Below, piece by piece: positions 17,720 through 28,026 of a stretch of 64,000 nucleotides of DNA. The stretch's first letter is position 1. Each line of letters starts with the position of its first letter. A program made the translations under genes and the position numbers. The stretch comes from Bacilli bacterium (lineage in GTDB: Bacteria > Bacillota_I > Bacilli_A > RF39 > UBA660): contig JAGHHZ010000024.1 in NCBI GenBank assembly GCA_017887425.1, positions 49,534 to 113,533 of the forward strand. Direction: 5' to 3'. Under the pieces are notes generated by a model. That model did not search any database and had not been told where the DNA came from. It saw only the letters and a list, made by a program, of their open reading frames with translations.

Positions 17720-19648
17720 ATGGACCGCGAAATAGTTAATAATATTAAAAGTTTAGGAATTGATATGATTGATAAAGCTGGAAGTGGCCATCCAGGAATT
17801 GTTTTAGGAGCAGCTTCAATTATTTACACTCTTTATGCTAAACATATGAATGTAAAGCAAGATGATCCATTATGGGAAAACAGAGATCGTTTTGTTTTAT
17901 CAGCTGGGCATGGTTCAGCTTTACTATATGCGACTTTATATATGGCAGGATTTAATTTGACTCTTGATGATTTAAAACAATTTAGACACATTCATTCTAA
18001 AACACCAGGGCATCCTGAATATGGGGTAACTGAAGGTGTGGATATGTCAACAGGGCCATTAGGTCAAGGCATTGCTTCCGCTGTCGGAATGGCTTTAGCT
18101 GGTAAAATCTTAAATAAGAAGTATGAAATCCCTAAAAAAAGTAAATTAGGAAAAGAGCAAAGTTTATTTGACTATAATGTTTATGTTTTATGTGGCGATG
18201 GCGATTTAATGGAAGGAATTAGTTATGAAGCTACATCTTTAGCAGGGAGTTTAAAACTTAACAATTTAATTGTTTTATATGATTCAAATAATATTAGTTT
18301 AGATGGCAAAACTGATAATGTTTTTGATGATAATATTATCGAACGTTTTAAAGCTTTAAACTGGAATACAATTCAGGTAAAAGATGGAACGATTATTTCA
18401 AGCATTGACAAAGCGATTGAAGAAGCTAAAAAAAGTGATAAACCAACATTAATTCAAATAAAAACGATAATTGGCGAAGGATCAATTAATGAAGGAACGA
18501 ATAAAGTTCATGGTTCACCTTTAGATAAAGATGATATTACTAAACTAAAATTAAATTTAAAAATCGAACCAGAAGAATTTTATGTCAACCAAGAAGCAAG
18601 AAATAATTTTATTAAACAAATAACTGAAAGAAGTTCAAAAAAATATGAATTATTTAATAAACAAGCTAAGGAATTAAAATATCAAAAAGAAGATATAAGA
18701 TTAGATTTAGGAAACTTACTTTTTGACTATAATTTAAAAGAATCATTGAGAGTAAGTAATGGTAAAATAATGCAAGAAATAGCTAAAAAAATCCCTAACT
18801 TTATTGGTGGAAGTGCAGATTTAGGTTCATCAACTAAGGTAGTACTACCTAATACATTAGAAAACTTCGTTGGCGACAATATTAATTTTGGGGTAAGAGA
18901 ACATGCGATGGGAGCTATATTAAATGGTTTAGCTTTAAATAATTTTTATGCTTTTGGCTCAACATTTTTAGTTTTTTCTGATTATTTAAAACCGGCTATT
19001 AGAATGAGTGCTCTTATGAATTTACCTGTTACTTATATTTTCACTCACGACTCAATTAATATTGGTCAAGATGGACCAACACATCAACCGATCGAACAAT
19101 TAGCATCTTTAAGAAGTATTCCTAATTTAGAAGTTTTTAGACCAGCTGATGCTAAAGAAATAACGGGATGTTGGGAATATATTATCAACAATAAAAAGCC
19201 AAGCTGTTTAATTTTATCGAGAAATGAAACTAGTCTTCTTGATAAGACTGATCGCCATTCAGTTAGTTATGGTGGATATATTGTTCGTAAAGAAGAAAAT
19301 TTACACGCTATTATTATCAGTACCGGTAGTGAAGTAGAATTAAGTATTAAAATAGCTGATACTTTATATGAAATGTATAAGTTAGATGTAAGAGTTGTAA
19401 GTATGCCAAATCGTGAACTGTTTTCAAAACAAAGTAAAGAATATCAAGAAGAAATTTTACCAAAAGGTTATCGGATAATAGTTATTGAAGCGGGAAGTAA
19501 ACAAGGTTGGGAAGGATTTGTCTATAACGATAAATATTTATTTACTTTAGATAAGTTCGGATATAGTGGTACCAAAGAAGAAGTAGCTAATGAAATGGAC
19601 TTTAGCTATGATCAAATCTTAAAAAAAATTATCAAATTACTAAAATAA
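17720..19648 (+). CDS. tkt: Transketolase
   Basis: TPP-binding motifs GSGHPG, GDGDLMEG and the transketolase signature HDSINIGQDGPTHQPIE. The start is placed at the Met after RBS AAAGAGGTGA (17720), not at the upstream ORF start. Confidence 0.92.
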   Translation: MDREIVNNIKSLGIDMIDKAGSGHPGIVLGAASIIYTLYAKHMNVKQDDPLWENRDRFVLSAGHGSALLYATLYMAGFNLTLDDLKQFRHIHSKTPGHPEYGVTEGVDMSTGPLGQGIASAVGMALAGKILNKKYEIPKKSKLGKEQSLFDYNVYVLCGDGDLMEGISYEATSLAGSLKLNNLIVLYDSNNISLDGKTDNVFDDNIIERFKALNWNTIQVKDGTIISSIDKAIEEAKKSDKPTLIQIKTIIGEGSINEGTNKVHGSPLDKDDITKLKLNLKIEPEEFYVNQEARNNFIKQITERSSKKYELFNKQAKELKYQKEDIRLDLGNLLFDYNLKESLRVSNGKIMQEIAKKIPNFIGGSADLGSSTKVVLPNTLENFVGDNINFGVREHAMGAILNGLALNNFYAFGSTFLVFSDYLKPAIRMSALMNLPVTYIFTHDSINIGQDGPTHQPIEQLASLRSIPNLEVFRPADAKEITGCWEYIINNKKPSCLILSRNETSLLDKTDRHSVSYGGYIVRKEENLHAIIISTGSEVELSIKIADTLYEMYKLDVRVVSMPNRELFSKQSKEYQEEILPKGYRIIVIEAGSKQGWEGFVYNDKYLFTLDKFGYSGTKEEVANEMDFSYDQILKKIIKLLK

Positions 19649-19687
19649 GACAAAATTTTTAACTTTTAGATTATATAATCAAATTAG

Positions 19688-20089
19688 GTGATACTAATGC
19701 GAGAATATAATCTTTTTGTTATTAAAAAAGAGTATTACGAATATTATCAAAGAAATCCTTTGTTTTTATTTGATATTTTAAAAAAATTATATGTTATGAA
19801 AGAAAACTTTAACTATGGTATTTCTTTATATAGTCAGTTATGTGAAAGAATAAATACATTTAATTTAAAATATTATTTAAATAGAAAATATCATTTAGAT
19901 AATGAAAGAACATTTTATATTGAAAAATCTTTTATCGAATTAAAACATACAAGGATAATCATTAGGTCTAAATATGATACTAAAATTATTAATGAGTTTA
20001 GCAATTTTAGTAAATATTTCTTTGTTTGTGATTTTATCAACAACGATTATTTTTGGTTAGATAGAAAAAATACTTTAATTTGTACATAA
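19688..20089 (+). CDS. Hypothetical protein (133 aa)
   Basis: ORF with AGGTGA RBS. Y/F-rich with no recognisable motifs. Confidence 0.4.
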   Translation: MILMREYNLFVIKKEYYEYYQRNPLFLFDILKKLYVMKENFNYGISLYSQLCERINTFNLKYYLNRKYHLDNERTFYIEKSFIELKHTRIIIRSKYDTKIINEFSNFSKYFFVCDFINNDYFWLDRKNTLICT

Positions 20090-20143
20090 TTTGTTTGAAA
20101 TATAGCTTTTAATGATATAATAGTAAGCATTAGGAGTGGTTAT

Positions 20144-20764
20144 GTGAAAGATTATACATTTGATAAAATATCAAGAGAAAAATTTATTAAAAATTATAAA
20201 ATAAAAGATAATCAAATTATCATTAATTTAGCTAGTAAAGAAAAATATGTGATACCTTATACAAAAGAAAATGAAGAAAAAATATTAGCTAGAATGGAAG
20301 AACAAGTAAATAGTTCATATATTAAACCATTAGGAGTGATTTATAAATCTTTAGTAGCAGGTTCTTACATTTGGATATTAATAGGTATTTATATGTATGT
20401 AGTAAGTGGTGGAATTTTAAACATTGCTTTAGCGTTAGGAACTTCTACATTATTTAATATAAAAATGTTTATTCATCAATCTAAAGTAAAGGATTTAGAA
20501 AAACAAAAATTCTTTCTTGAATACCGAAAAATGCTAAATGATAATATTAAAAAATCTTCTAATATGACTTTAGGAGTAGACAAAAAAATTGTAAAAAAAG
20601 TTGAACAAACAGAAGATATCCCAACATTTGATATTAATTCAATTGATAGCTATTCACTAAATGATTTAAAAAAGCTTAGAAGAAATATTTTACGTTTTCA
20701 AGAGTTTGGATTTGATGAAAAAACTAATGAAGAAAAAGATAAACGCTTAGAATATCATAAATAA
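20144..20764 (+). CDS. Hypothetical membrane protein (206 aa) immediately upstream of the atypical sigma factor
   Basis: GTG start after AGGAGTGG. Central pair of TM helices (YIWILIGIYMYVVSGGILNIALALG) with charged flanks. Confidence 0.45.
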   Translation: MKDYTFDKISREKFIKNYKIKDNQIIINLASKEKYVIPYTKENEEKILARMEEQVNSSYIKPLGVIYKSLVAGSYIWILIGIYMYVVSGGILNIALALGTSTLFNIKMFIHQSKVKDLEKQKFFLEYRKMLNDNIKKSSNMTLGVDKKIVKKVEQTEDIPTFDINSIDSYSLNDLKKLRRNILRFQEFGFDEKTNEEKDKRLEYHK

Positions 20765-20780
20765 TAAGGCAGGTGGTTTT

Positions 20781-22268
20781 GTGGAGTTAGTTTTACCTAA
20801 AAGTAATAATACTGCTGAAAATAAAAAATTATTTGAGCAACTTAATAGTGGTAATCTTTCAATACGTAATAAAATTATTGAAAAAAATTTAAGATTAGTT
20901 GAAATGACTATTCAAAAAAAATTACCAGATTTTTCTGATTTACCATATATGGATAAAGAAGATTTATTTGAAATTGGATGTATTGGATTAATCAAGGCTG
21001 TTGATAGTTACGATTTAGATAGAGGAAAAGCCTTTTCAGCTTATGCAGTTATTTGTATTAGAAACGAAATATTAATGTATTATCGAAAAAACAAAAAGTT
21101 AAGTTTAATTGATAGTTTAAATGAAAATGTTAGTGAAGAAGATGAACGAAGTAAAGTTGAACTTTTAGTATCTAATGAAGAAAGCATCGAAGATCAGTAT
21201 ATTCAAAAAGAAACTAGTATAGAGATGTTAGAACATTTATCTTGTCTAACAGAAATAGAAAAGAAAGCAGTTAAACTCTACTATGGTTTTGGAGAACGAC
21301 GATTTACTGACCGAGAAATTGCTCAAGAATTAGGATATTCACAATCTTATATAAGCAGAATATTAAAAAAAGCTCGACATAAATTAAAAGATTTGCTGGA
21401 AAATAAATCTTTTAATGAAATAGTTCAAGAGGAATATAGTTTTGAAGTTTCTGATGCATTCGCACTATTTAGTGAATATCCTCGAGCTAAAATTATTAGA
21501 ACAATTAAGAAGTTACCTAAGGCAAAAAGAAAATTGTTTTTAGATTGTTATCCAATTAATGGTAAATATGGATTAACATTTAAAGAAGTTTGCCAAAAAT
21601 ATAATTTATCTAGTAAAGTTTTATTAAGAAAATTAGATAAAATTAAAGAAGAAATTTTATTTTTAATTATACAAGATCAAAGAAAAACTAGACAAGTAGA
21701 TATTTTTAAACAACTTCCTGATTATCCAAAAGAAAAAGTACTTGAAGCAATTCATATGCTAGAAGAACCTAATCAAACTATTTTCACTCTACGTTATGGA
21801 ATTGATAGAAAAAATCAACTTAGTGTTGAAGAAATAGTTTCTAAACTAGAAGGAAAAGAATTAGATATTCCTTTAACACCTGAAAGTGTTATTAAAAATT
21901 TATTTGTATCTAGACAGACAATAAAAAGACTGGTTCAACAAGGAAACGGTATCAAAATAAAAACTAATTTTTTAAATTCTGAAGAGTTATTTTTTTCTAA
22001 TTTTCCTGGTTATTCTAAAGAACAAGTTTTATCACTATTTCCTAATTTATTAGAGCGAAGAAGAATAATAGTAGAATTGTGCTTTGGCTTAAATGGTAAT
22101 GAGACAAAAAGTATCAAAGAAATAGCTATAATGATGGGGTGCAGTCAAAAAGAAGTTAAACAAAGAGTAGAATATGTAATAAAAGTTTTGAATAAACAGT
22201 TAAAAGATCGGTATAAAGAGCCAGAAGATAGTAAAGTTTTGACTAAGAAAAAAGTTGAAAAAAGATAA
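20781..22268 (+). CDS. Sigma-70 family RNA polymerase sigma factor with three additional C-terminal region-4-like HTH modules (495 aa)
   Basis: Region 2 (LRLVEMTIQKK...EDLFEIGCIGLIKAVDSYDLDRGKAFSAYAVICIRNEI). Region 4 (LTEIEKKAVKLYYG...TDREIAQELGYSQSYISRILKKARHKL). Three further repeats share the region-4 pattern (LPKAKRKLFLDCYP...FKEVCQKYNLSSKVLLRKL; TIFTLRYGID...SVEEIVSKLEG; RRIIVELCFGLNG...IKEIAIMMGCSQKEVKQRVEYVIKVL). GTG start after AGGCAGGTGG. Confidence 0.7.
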   Translation: MELVLPKSNNTAENKKLFEQLNSGNLSIRNKIIEKNLRLVEMTIQKKLPDFSDLPYMDKEDLFEIGCIGLIKAVDSYDLDRGKAFSAYAVICIRNEILMYYRKNKKLSLIDSLNENVSEEDERSKVELLVSNEESIEDQYIQKETSIEMLEHLSCLTEIEKKAVKLYYGFGERRFTDREIAQELGYSQSYISRILKKARHKLKDLLENKSFNEIVQEEYSFEVSDAFALFSEYPRAKIIRTIKKLPKAKRKLFLDCYPINGKYGLTFKEVCQKYNLSSKVLLRKLDKIKEEILFLIIQDQRKTRQVDIFKQLPDYPKEKVLEAIHMLEEPNQTIFTLRYGIDRKNQLSVEEIVSKLEGKELDIPLTPESVIKNLFVSRQTIKRLVQQGNGIKIKTNFLNSEELFFSNFPGYSKEQVLSLFPNLLERRRIIVELCFGLNGNETKSIKEIAIMMGCSQKEVKQRVEYVIKVLNKQLKDRYKEPEDSKVLTKKKVEKR

Positions 22269-22303
22269 AAAAAATAGTAAAATATATTAAGGAGCTGATA
22301 ATA

Positions 22304-22513
22304 ATGTTATGGAATTTAGTATATTTATTAATTGGTTTAGTTGTTGGTGGAATTATAGGTTTTTTTGTAGCCCGTCATTTAATTCAAAAACAAATTAAGA
22401 AAAATCCACCAATCAATGAACAAATGATTAAAGCTATGATGACGCAAATGGGTAGAACTCCAAGTCAAAAACAAGTTAATCAAATGATGAAATCAATGAC
22501 AAAATATATGTAA
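22304..22513 (+). CDS. UPF0154 family small membrane protein (YneF-like)
   Basis: One N-terminal TM helix, then the conserved NPPINEQMIKAMMTQMGRTPSQKQVNQMMKSM segment typical of YneF. Confidence 0.75.
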   Translation: MLWNLVYLLIGLVVGGIIGFFVARHLIQKQIKKNPPINEQMIKAMMTQMGRTPSQKQVNQMMKSMTKYM

Positions 22514-22564
22514 AAGTATTAAATATACTTTTTTTTATGATATAATATGAAAAGGAGTGATAAA

Positions 22565-24208
22565 ATGACTAATAAAGAACTTGCTGATATTATGTATCCA
22601 GATGTTAGTAAAACAATTGAAGATTATGAAAAAATGTATCCTAAAAGAAACTTAGATGAAAAAGCTGTTGTTACTAGATTTGCTCCTAGTCCAACCGGTT
22701 TTGTTCATATGGGAAGTTTATTAGCCGCTTTTGTTTCAAGAAAAGCAACTAAAGATACTAATGGAGTTTTTTACTTAAGAATTGAAGATACTGATGGTAA
22801 AAGAAGTGTCGAAAATGGTATCGAAGGAATTATCAATGATTTAAAAGCTTTTGATATCAAAATAGATGAAGGAGCATTAAGTGAAACTGAAGAGATAGGT
22901 AGTTATGGCCCTTACATTCAAAGTAAAAGAATTGAAATATATCATACATTTGCTAAATGGTTAGTAGAAAATGATTATGCTTATCCTTGTTTTTGTAGTG
23001 AACAAGAATTAGAAGAAATTAGATCTTTACAAGAAGCTCAAAAACAAAGAATTGGTTATTACGGAAAAAATGCTAAATATCGTTTTATTTCTAATGAAGA
23101 AAAAGCTAAAAGAATTCAAAATGGCGAGAAATTCGTTCTTCGCTTAAAATCTACAGGTGACTTTAATAAAAGAGTAGTAATTAACGACTTAGTTAGAGGA
23201 CGAATAGAATATCCAGAAAATGATATTGATCATGTTTTAATCAAAAGTGATGGTGTACCTGTATATCATTTTGCGCATGTAGTCGATGATCATTTAATGC
23301 ATACGACTCATATTTCAAGAGGCGAGGAATGGTTACCATCAACCCCTTTACATATCGAATTGTTTAATAAATTCGGCTTTGAAATTCCTAAATTTTGTCA
23401 TTTAGGACTACTTATGAAAATAGATGACGAAGGAGTTAGAAGAAAGTTATCAAAACGTAAAGATCCAGAAGCCGCTGTTAGTTATTATCACGAAAAAGGA
23501 ATACCAGTTGAAGCTGTTAGTTTGTATTTAATGACTATCGCTAACTCAAATTTTGAAGGTTGGATGGATGCTAATCCAGGCAAATCAATCGATGAATTTA
23601 AATTTGATTATGCTAAAATGAGTAAAAGTGGTTCTTTATTTGATGTTAATAAATTACTTAATATTTCTAAAAACTACATTAGTCGTTTAAAAGCTATTGA
23701 TGTCTATGATGCTACACTTTCTTGGGCCTTAGAATTTGATAAAGATTTCTACGATTTATTAGTAAAATATAAAGATTATACAGTTAATATTTTAAATATT
23801 GAAAGAGAACAGAAAAAGCCAAGAAAAGATTTTGAATCTTATAGTAGTATTAAATCTTATATTTGGTATATGTACGATGAACTATTTAATAATTTGAATT
23901 ATGAATGGCAAAACATTACTGATAAAGATGAGATAAAAAAAATATTAGATGTTTATTTAAATAAATATGACATTAATGACGATAAAGATACTTGGTTTAA
24001 TAAAATGAAGGAAGTTTGTGATGAATTAGGTTATGCTTCTGATATGAAAAAATATAAAGAAAATCCTAATGATTATAAAGGTAATGTTGCTGACATTAGC
24101 AATGTTTTAAGAGTTGCTTTAACAACTAAATCTATGACACCAGATCTATATGAAATTATGCGATTATTAGGTAAAGAAAGAATAGAAAAAAGATTTAAGA
24201 TGGTTTAA
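22565..24208 (+). CDS. gltX: Glutamate--tRNA ligase
   Basis: HIGH-region RFAPSPTGFVHMGS. KLSKRKD is the KMSKS-equivalent. Collinear with B. subtilis GluRS. A C-terminal extension makes it about 547 aa. Confidence 0.88.
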   Translation: MTNKELADIMYPDVSKTIEDYEKMYPKRNLDEKAVVTRFAPSPTGFVHMGSLLAAFVSRKATKDTNGVFYLRIEDTDGKRSVENGIEGIINDLKAFDIKIDEGALSETEEIGSYGPYIQSKRIEIYHTFAKWLVENDYAYPCFCSEQELEEIRSLQEAQKQRIGYYGKNAKYRFISNEEKAKRIQNGEKFVLRLKSTGDFNKRVVINDLVRGRIEYPENDIDHVLIKSDGVPVYHFAHVVDDHLMHTTHISRGEEWLPSTPLHIELFNKFGFEIPKFCHLGLLMKIDDEGVRRKLSKRKDPEAAVSYYHEKGIPVEAVSLYLMTIANSNFEGWMDANPGKSIDEFKFDYAKMSKSGSLFDVNKLLNISKNYISRLKAIDVYDATLSWALEFDKDFYDLLVKYKDYTVNILNIEREQKKPRKDFESYSSIKSYIWYMYDELFNNLNYEWQNITDKDEIKKILDVYLNKYDINDDKDTWFNKMKEVCDELGYASDMKKYKENPNDYKGNVADISNVLRVALTTKSMTPDLYEIMRLLGKERIEKRFKMV

Positions 24209-24219
24209 ATCTTTTTTTT
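24191..24219 (+). terminator. Rho-independent terminator of gltX
   Basis: AGATTTAA-gatggt-TTAAATCT hairpin followed by T7. Confidence 0.6.
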
Positions 24220-24237
24220 ATGGTATACTAATAATAG

Positions 24238-25173
24238 GTGATAGCCATGCTATTAAATATAACTTTATTAATTCTAGGACTTATATTAATTATCGTTTCT
24301 TCTAATGTCTTTGTCGATAGTGCTTCTAATTTAGCTACTAGTTTTAAAGTGCCTAAAATGGTAATTGCCTTAACTATTGCTTCGTTTAGTACATGTGCTC
24401 CCGAACTAGCTATTTCTTTTAACAGTATTAGTTCTAATAATTATGATTTAACTTTAGCAAATGTAGTGGGTAGCTGTGTAGTTAATATTTTACTTATAAT
24501 TGGACTTGCTAGTATTGTCAAACCAGTTAAAGTTAAAACCGTGACAGTTGGTAAAGAGTTACCACTTCTAGTTATAACAACAGTTGTTTTTTGTATATTA
24601 TTTTCAGATGGTGAATTATCTAGATATGATGCAGGTATATTAATTCTATTGTTTGTTTTATTCGGAATATATTTATACAAAATGATAAAAAGATTTAGGA
24701 AAGTTGATGAAGATTATGCTAAAGTAAATAAAGTAAAAGCTATTATTTCAACAATACTATCAATTTTAGTTATTATTTTTTCTAGTGATTTAATTGTTAA
24801 TTCGACTTTGTATTTATCAGAGAGATTAAATATAGCCACTAAACTAATATCGATGATTGTAATAGTTATTGGAACGTCATTGCCAGAATTAATGATTACT
24901 ATTACATCATCTAAAAAAGGTGAGTTTGATATGACAGTTGGAAATATCATTGGAACTAATATATTTAATATATGTATTGTTCTAGGTCTTCCAACTTTGA
25001 TTTATGGATCTGTTTATAGTTCTGCATTTAATTATGTTGATTTAATTGCTGTCATTGTGGCTGCTGCTATGTTTTATTTTCAAAGTAGAAGTGAGCGAAC
25101 GATTACTAGACTTGAAGGCGTCATTATGGTGTCATTATTCATTTGTTATTATGCATATTTGATATTTTTGTAA
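24238..25173 (+). CDS. CaCA-family sodium/calcium exchanger (YrbG-like)
   Basis: Two alpha-repeat motifs (GSCVVNILLIIG and GTSLPELMITI) in a 10-TM protein. Confidence 0.8.
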   Translation: MIAMLLNITLLILGLILIIVSSNVFVDSASNLATSFKVPKMVIALTIASFSTCAPELAISFNSISSNNYDLTLANVVGSCVVNILLIIGLASIVKPVKVKTVTVGKELPLLVITTVVFCILFSDGELSRYDAGILILLFVLFGIYLYKMIKRFRKVDEDYAKVNKVKAIISTILSILVIIFSSDLIVNSTLYLSERLNIATKLISMIVIVIGTSLPELMITITSSKKGEFDMTVGNIIGTNIFNICIVLGLPTLIYGSVYSSAFNYVDLIAVIVAAAMFYFQSRSERTITRLEGVIMVSLFICYYAYLIFL

Positions 25174-25222
25174 AAAACTATTTACAATTAAATATAAATA
25201 TTGTATAATTGTATTTAGTTTT

Positions 25223-25297
25223 GCAGGTGTAGTACAGCGGTTAGTATACGGCCTTGCCAAGGCTGGGACGGCGGTTCGATTCCGCTCACTTGCTCCA
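25223..25297 (+). tRNA. tRNA-Gly (anticodon GCC)
   Basis: Hand-folded cloverleaf. Acceptor stem GCAGGTG/CACTTGC, D-arm, anticodon stem CGGCC/GGCTG with loop TTGCCAA, T-loop GGTTCGATTCC, discriminator U and an encoded CCA. Confidence 0.9.
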
Positions 25298-25306
25298 TTG
25301 AAAAAT

Positions 25307-25347
25307 AACTTACGGAATGTAAAAATTTCGTAAGTTTTATTTTATTT
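25307..25347 (+). terminator. Rho-independent terminator downstream of tRNA-Gly
   Basis: AACTTACG-(14 nt)-CGTAAGTT hairpin followed by a T-rich tract. Confidence 0.55.
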
Positions 25348-25568
25348 AAATTGATGTATTAGATAATTAATATTTTTTGCTAAGAAATTTTACTGTATTT
25401 TTTTCTTTAATAAATTGTGTGATGTAAAATTCTAATAATGTTTTATAAATATATAGAATATCCTTATTACTAATTGTTTCACTAGAAAAGTACATATCTA
25501 ATCGAGGTAAACCTATATCTATCAAATCAATACCAACATGATTTTCTCAAGGTTTAATTAATATAATT

Positions 25569-26357
25569 TTATATTTTTAATAGTTTTGTATAAGTGATTT
25601 CCCCTTGTTCGTCTTTTACTTTATTTTCTCTTGAAGTTATATGATTTACTTCACAATATCTTTTTTTGAATTCAGTTTCGTCTTTTAAAAGTTCTCGCAT
25701 ATCTTTTAAAAATATTTTATATGTTTCATCTTCGAAGAACATATTTTCTGGACTATCTTCACTATATTTTTTTGATAATCTTTTTATTGTATAGTTCAAA
25801 TAATCTTCGATATTTTCTTCTGGCATTCTTTCGTGAGCAACAAAGAAACTTCTGATAAAAACAATTTCTATTCTGGTATTTCTATCCGCCGAAGAAATTA
25901 ATTTACCATAAATACTTCTTGGATCATCTTCTTTAGAAGAACGGTGATCTTCAATGGCTTCTTTAATTATTGTTCTTTCTTCATCAGTAAAAAATTTTTT
26001 CATATTTTCGTCTTCAATAAATCTTTTAGCAGCAATCTTTTCATGAATTGTATGATCTTCATATTTTCCTAAGTCATGACAAGCTGCTATTGCATATATC
26101 ATATTATCATCTAATCCTAGTTTGAAAGTGTCATTTAAAGCAAATGCTCTTCTTATAACTTCAATGATATGAACAATTCCATGAGCTTTATCATTTGGTT
26201 CATATTGTGGAAAAATAAATTCTATAATGTACTTCTTTAATTCAGGATTGACATTTTTAGTATAATAATCGAATTCATCGATTCCAACTGCTTCTAAAAT
26301 TTTAGAGCGATATACATCAAAACTAACTTTAGGCTTCACTTTATTATATAAGATCAT
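25569..26357 (-). CDS. HD-domain phosphohydrolase
   Basis: HD motif region GIVHIIEV and AACHDLGKYEDH. 262 aa. Confidence 0.65.
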   Translation of the reverse strand: MILYNKVKPKVSFDVYRSKILEAVGIDEFDYYTKNVNPELKKYIIEFIFPQYEPNDKAHGIVHIIEVIRRAFALNDTFKLGLDDNMIYAIAACHDLGKYEDHTIHEKIAAKRFIEDENMKKFFTDEERTIIKEAIEDHRSSKEDDPRSIYGKLISSADRNTRIEIVFIRSFFVAHERMPEENIEDYLNYTIKRLSKKYSEDSPENMFFEDETYKIFLKDMRELLKDETEFKKRYCEVNHITSRENKVKDEQGEITYTKLLKI

Positions 26358-26548
26358 CTAAAGATAAATTAGAATTATCTTTTTTGATTTCAAAAAATAT
26401 TTCTTTTAAATTATTATTCATTATTCATCTCCAACTTTCTAAATATCTTTTATTATACAATTTTTATTACGAAAATAAAAGAAAAATTTATCTTTTCTAA
26501 TTAACAAAAATGTGTTATAATTTTAAACGGGTTGAAGGAGTGAATAAA

Positions 26549-27955
26549 ATGAAAAAAACTAAAATAATTTGTAGTATTGGACCTGCTAGTAGCAATCCTG
26601 ATATTATGTGTGAAATGGTAAAAAATGGAATGAACGTAGCTAGAATAAATTTCTCTCATGCAACTTTGGACGAAAGAAAAGAAGTTGTAAGTTCAGTAAA
26701 AAAAGTAAGAGAGATGACTGGTGAAAATGTCGCAATTTTATATGATACTAAAGGACCCGAATTTAGAAATGGTGTTTTAGAAAACGATCAAATAAATTTA
26801 GTTGAAGGAAAAACAATTAGAATTGTTAAAGAAAAAGTTTTAGGTAATGAAGAAAGATTTTCTGTTAACCATCCTAATGCTATTGACTCTATCAATATAG
26901 GTGATCGTATTCTATTAGAAAATGGATTAATGAGTATCGAAGTTATTTCTAAAGAAGAAGATGGTCTTACTTGCAAAATAATTGTTGGGGGAGTATTAGG
27001 TAACAAAAAAAGCTTAAGTGTTCCTGGTGTTCATTTAGACATGCCATTTGTTAGTGAAGAAGATAAAGCTGATATTATTTATGCTTGCGAACACGATGGT
27101 GATTTTTTAGCTTTATCATTTGTCTCAACGAAAGAAGACGTCTTACAAGTTAAAGAGATTTTAAAAGAACACAACCGTACTGATATGAAATTAATTGCTA
27201 AAATAGAAAGTACAACTGGAATTGAAAACTTAGATGAAATTGCAACTGTTGTCGATGGTATTATGGTAGCAAGAGGCGATTTAGGTGTCGAAGCGGCGAT
27301 GGAAGATTTACCAATCTTACAAACAAAAATAATTGAATGTTGCCGTAAACATGGTAGATTTTGTATTGTGGCCACTGAAATGTTAGAATCAATGAAAAAA
27401 AACAATCGTCCTACAAGGGCTGAAGTTTCCGATGTCGCTAATGCCGTTATTAACGGAACTGATGCTGTTATGTTATCTGGTGAAACAACAGTAGGAAAGT
27501 ATCCAGTGGAAACTGTAAAATGTATGGCTAATATTTGTGAAAATATTGAAAAACATTTAGATTATAAAATAAATAATGAATATATTAAAAAATCAATTGA
27601 TGGAGCTATTGCTTCTAATGTTGTCGAAACAGCTTCTTTATTAGATGCTAAATTAATTGTAGCTACTACTATGAGTGGTAAAACAGCCGCTAGAGTTAGT
27701 AATTTAAGACCAAAATGTTTAGTTTTGGCTACATGTCCAAATGAAAAAGTAGCAAGATCATTAGCTTTAAATTTTGCTGTTTATCCAGTTGTTACAAGTG
27801 TTTTTGATTCGATTGATAAAATAGTAGAGGATGCTAAAATTAAAGCTATTGATTTTGCTAATTTAAAAGAATCTGATATTATTTTAATAACTGGTGGTTT
27901 TTATAATGACCCTGAATTTAAAGGAACTAATTTTATGAAGATTGAAAGAATATAG
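26549..27955 (+). CDS. pyk: Pyruvate kinase (canonical paralog)
   Basis: All canonical motifs are intact (ARINFSHA, DTKGPEFR, AKIEST, MVARGDLGVE, ATEMLESM, MLSGETTVGKYP). The start is placed at the Met after GGAGTG. Confidence 0.92.
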   Translation: MKKTKIICSIGPASSNPDIMCEMVKNGMNVARINFSHATLDERKEVVSSVKKVREMTGENVAILYDTKGPEFRNGVLENDQINLVEGKTIRIVKEKVLGNEERFSVNHPNAIDSINIGDRILLENGLMSIEVISKEEDGLTCKIIVGGVLGNKKSLSVPGVHLDMPFVSEEDKADIIYACEHDGDFLALSFVSTKEDVLQVKEILKEHNRTDMKLIAKIESTTGIENLDEIATVVDGIMVARGDLGVEAAMEDLPILQTKIIECCRKHGRFCIVATEMLESMKKNNRPTRAEVSDVANAVINGTDAVMLSGETTVGKYPVETVKCMANICENIEKHLDYKINNEYIKKSIDGAIASNVVETASLLDAKLIVATTMSGKTAARVSNLRPKCLVLATCPNEKVARSLALNFAVYPVVTSVFDSIDKIVEDAKIKAIDFANLKESDIILITGGFYNDPEFKGTNFMKIERI

Positions 27956-27969
27956 TTTATTCTTTTTTT
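27946..27969 (+). terminator. Rho-independent terminator after pyk
   Basis: AAGAATA-tagtt-TATTCTT hairpin followed by T6. It overlaps the stop codon. Confidence 0.55.
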
Positions 27970-28026
27970 CTTGACTAAAACGGCGATATATCTTATAATT
28001 AATATAAGAATAAAGGGATGATAACC

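Noticed and set aside
22547-22564. Upstream ATG (22547) as the gltX start, and similar upstream starts for tkt (17660), pyk (26510), leuS (32277) and the pentapeptide gene (51736)
   Set aside because: In each case a downstream in-frame ATG has a properly spaced GGAG/GGTG-type RBS and matches the conserved N-terminus of the family. The ORF-track starts are simply the longest possible ORFs.
27079-27405. 108-aa and neighbouring 72-aa and 86-aa minus-strand ORFs within and between the pyk genes (26788..27006, 27079..27405, 27901..28161)
   Set aside because: All lie antisense to strongly supported pyruvate kinase genes. They are classic shadow ORFs.
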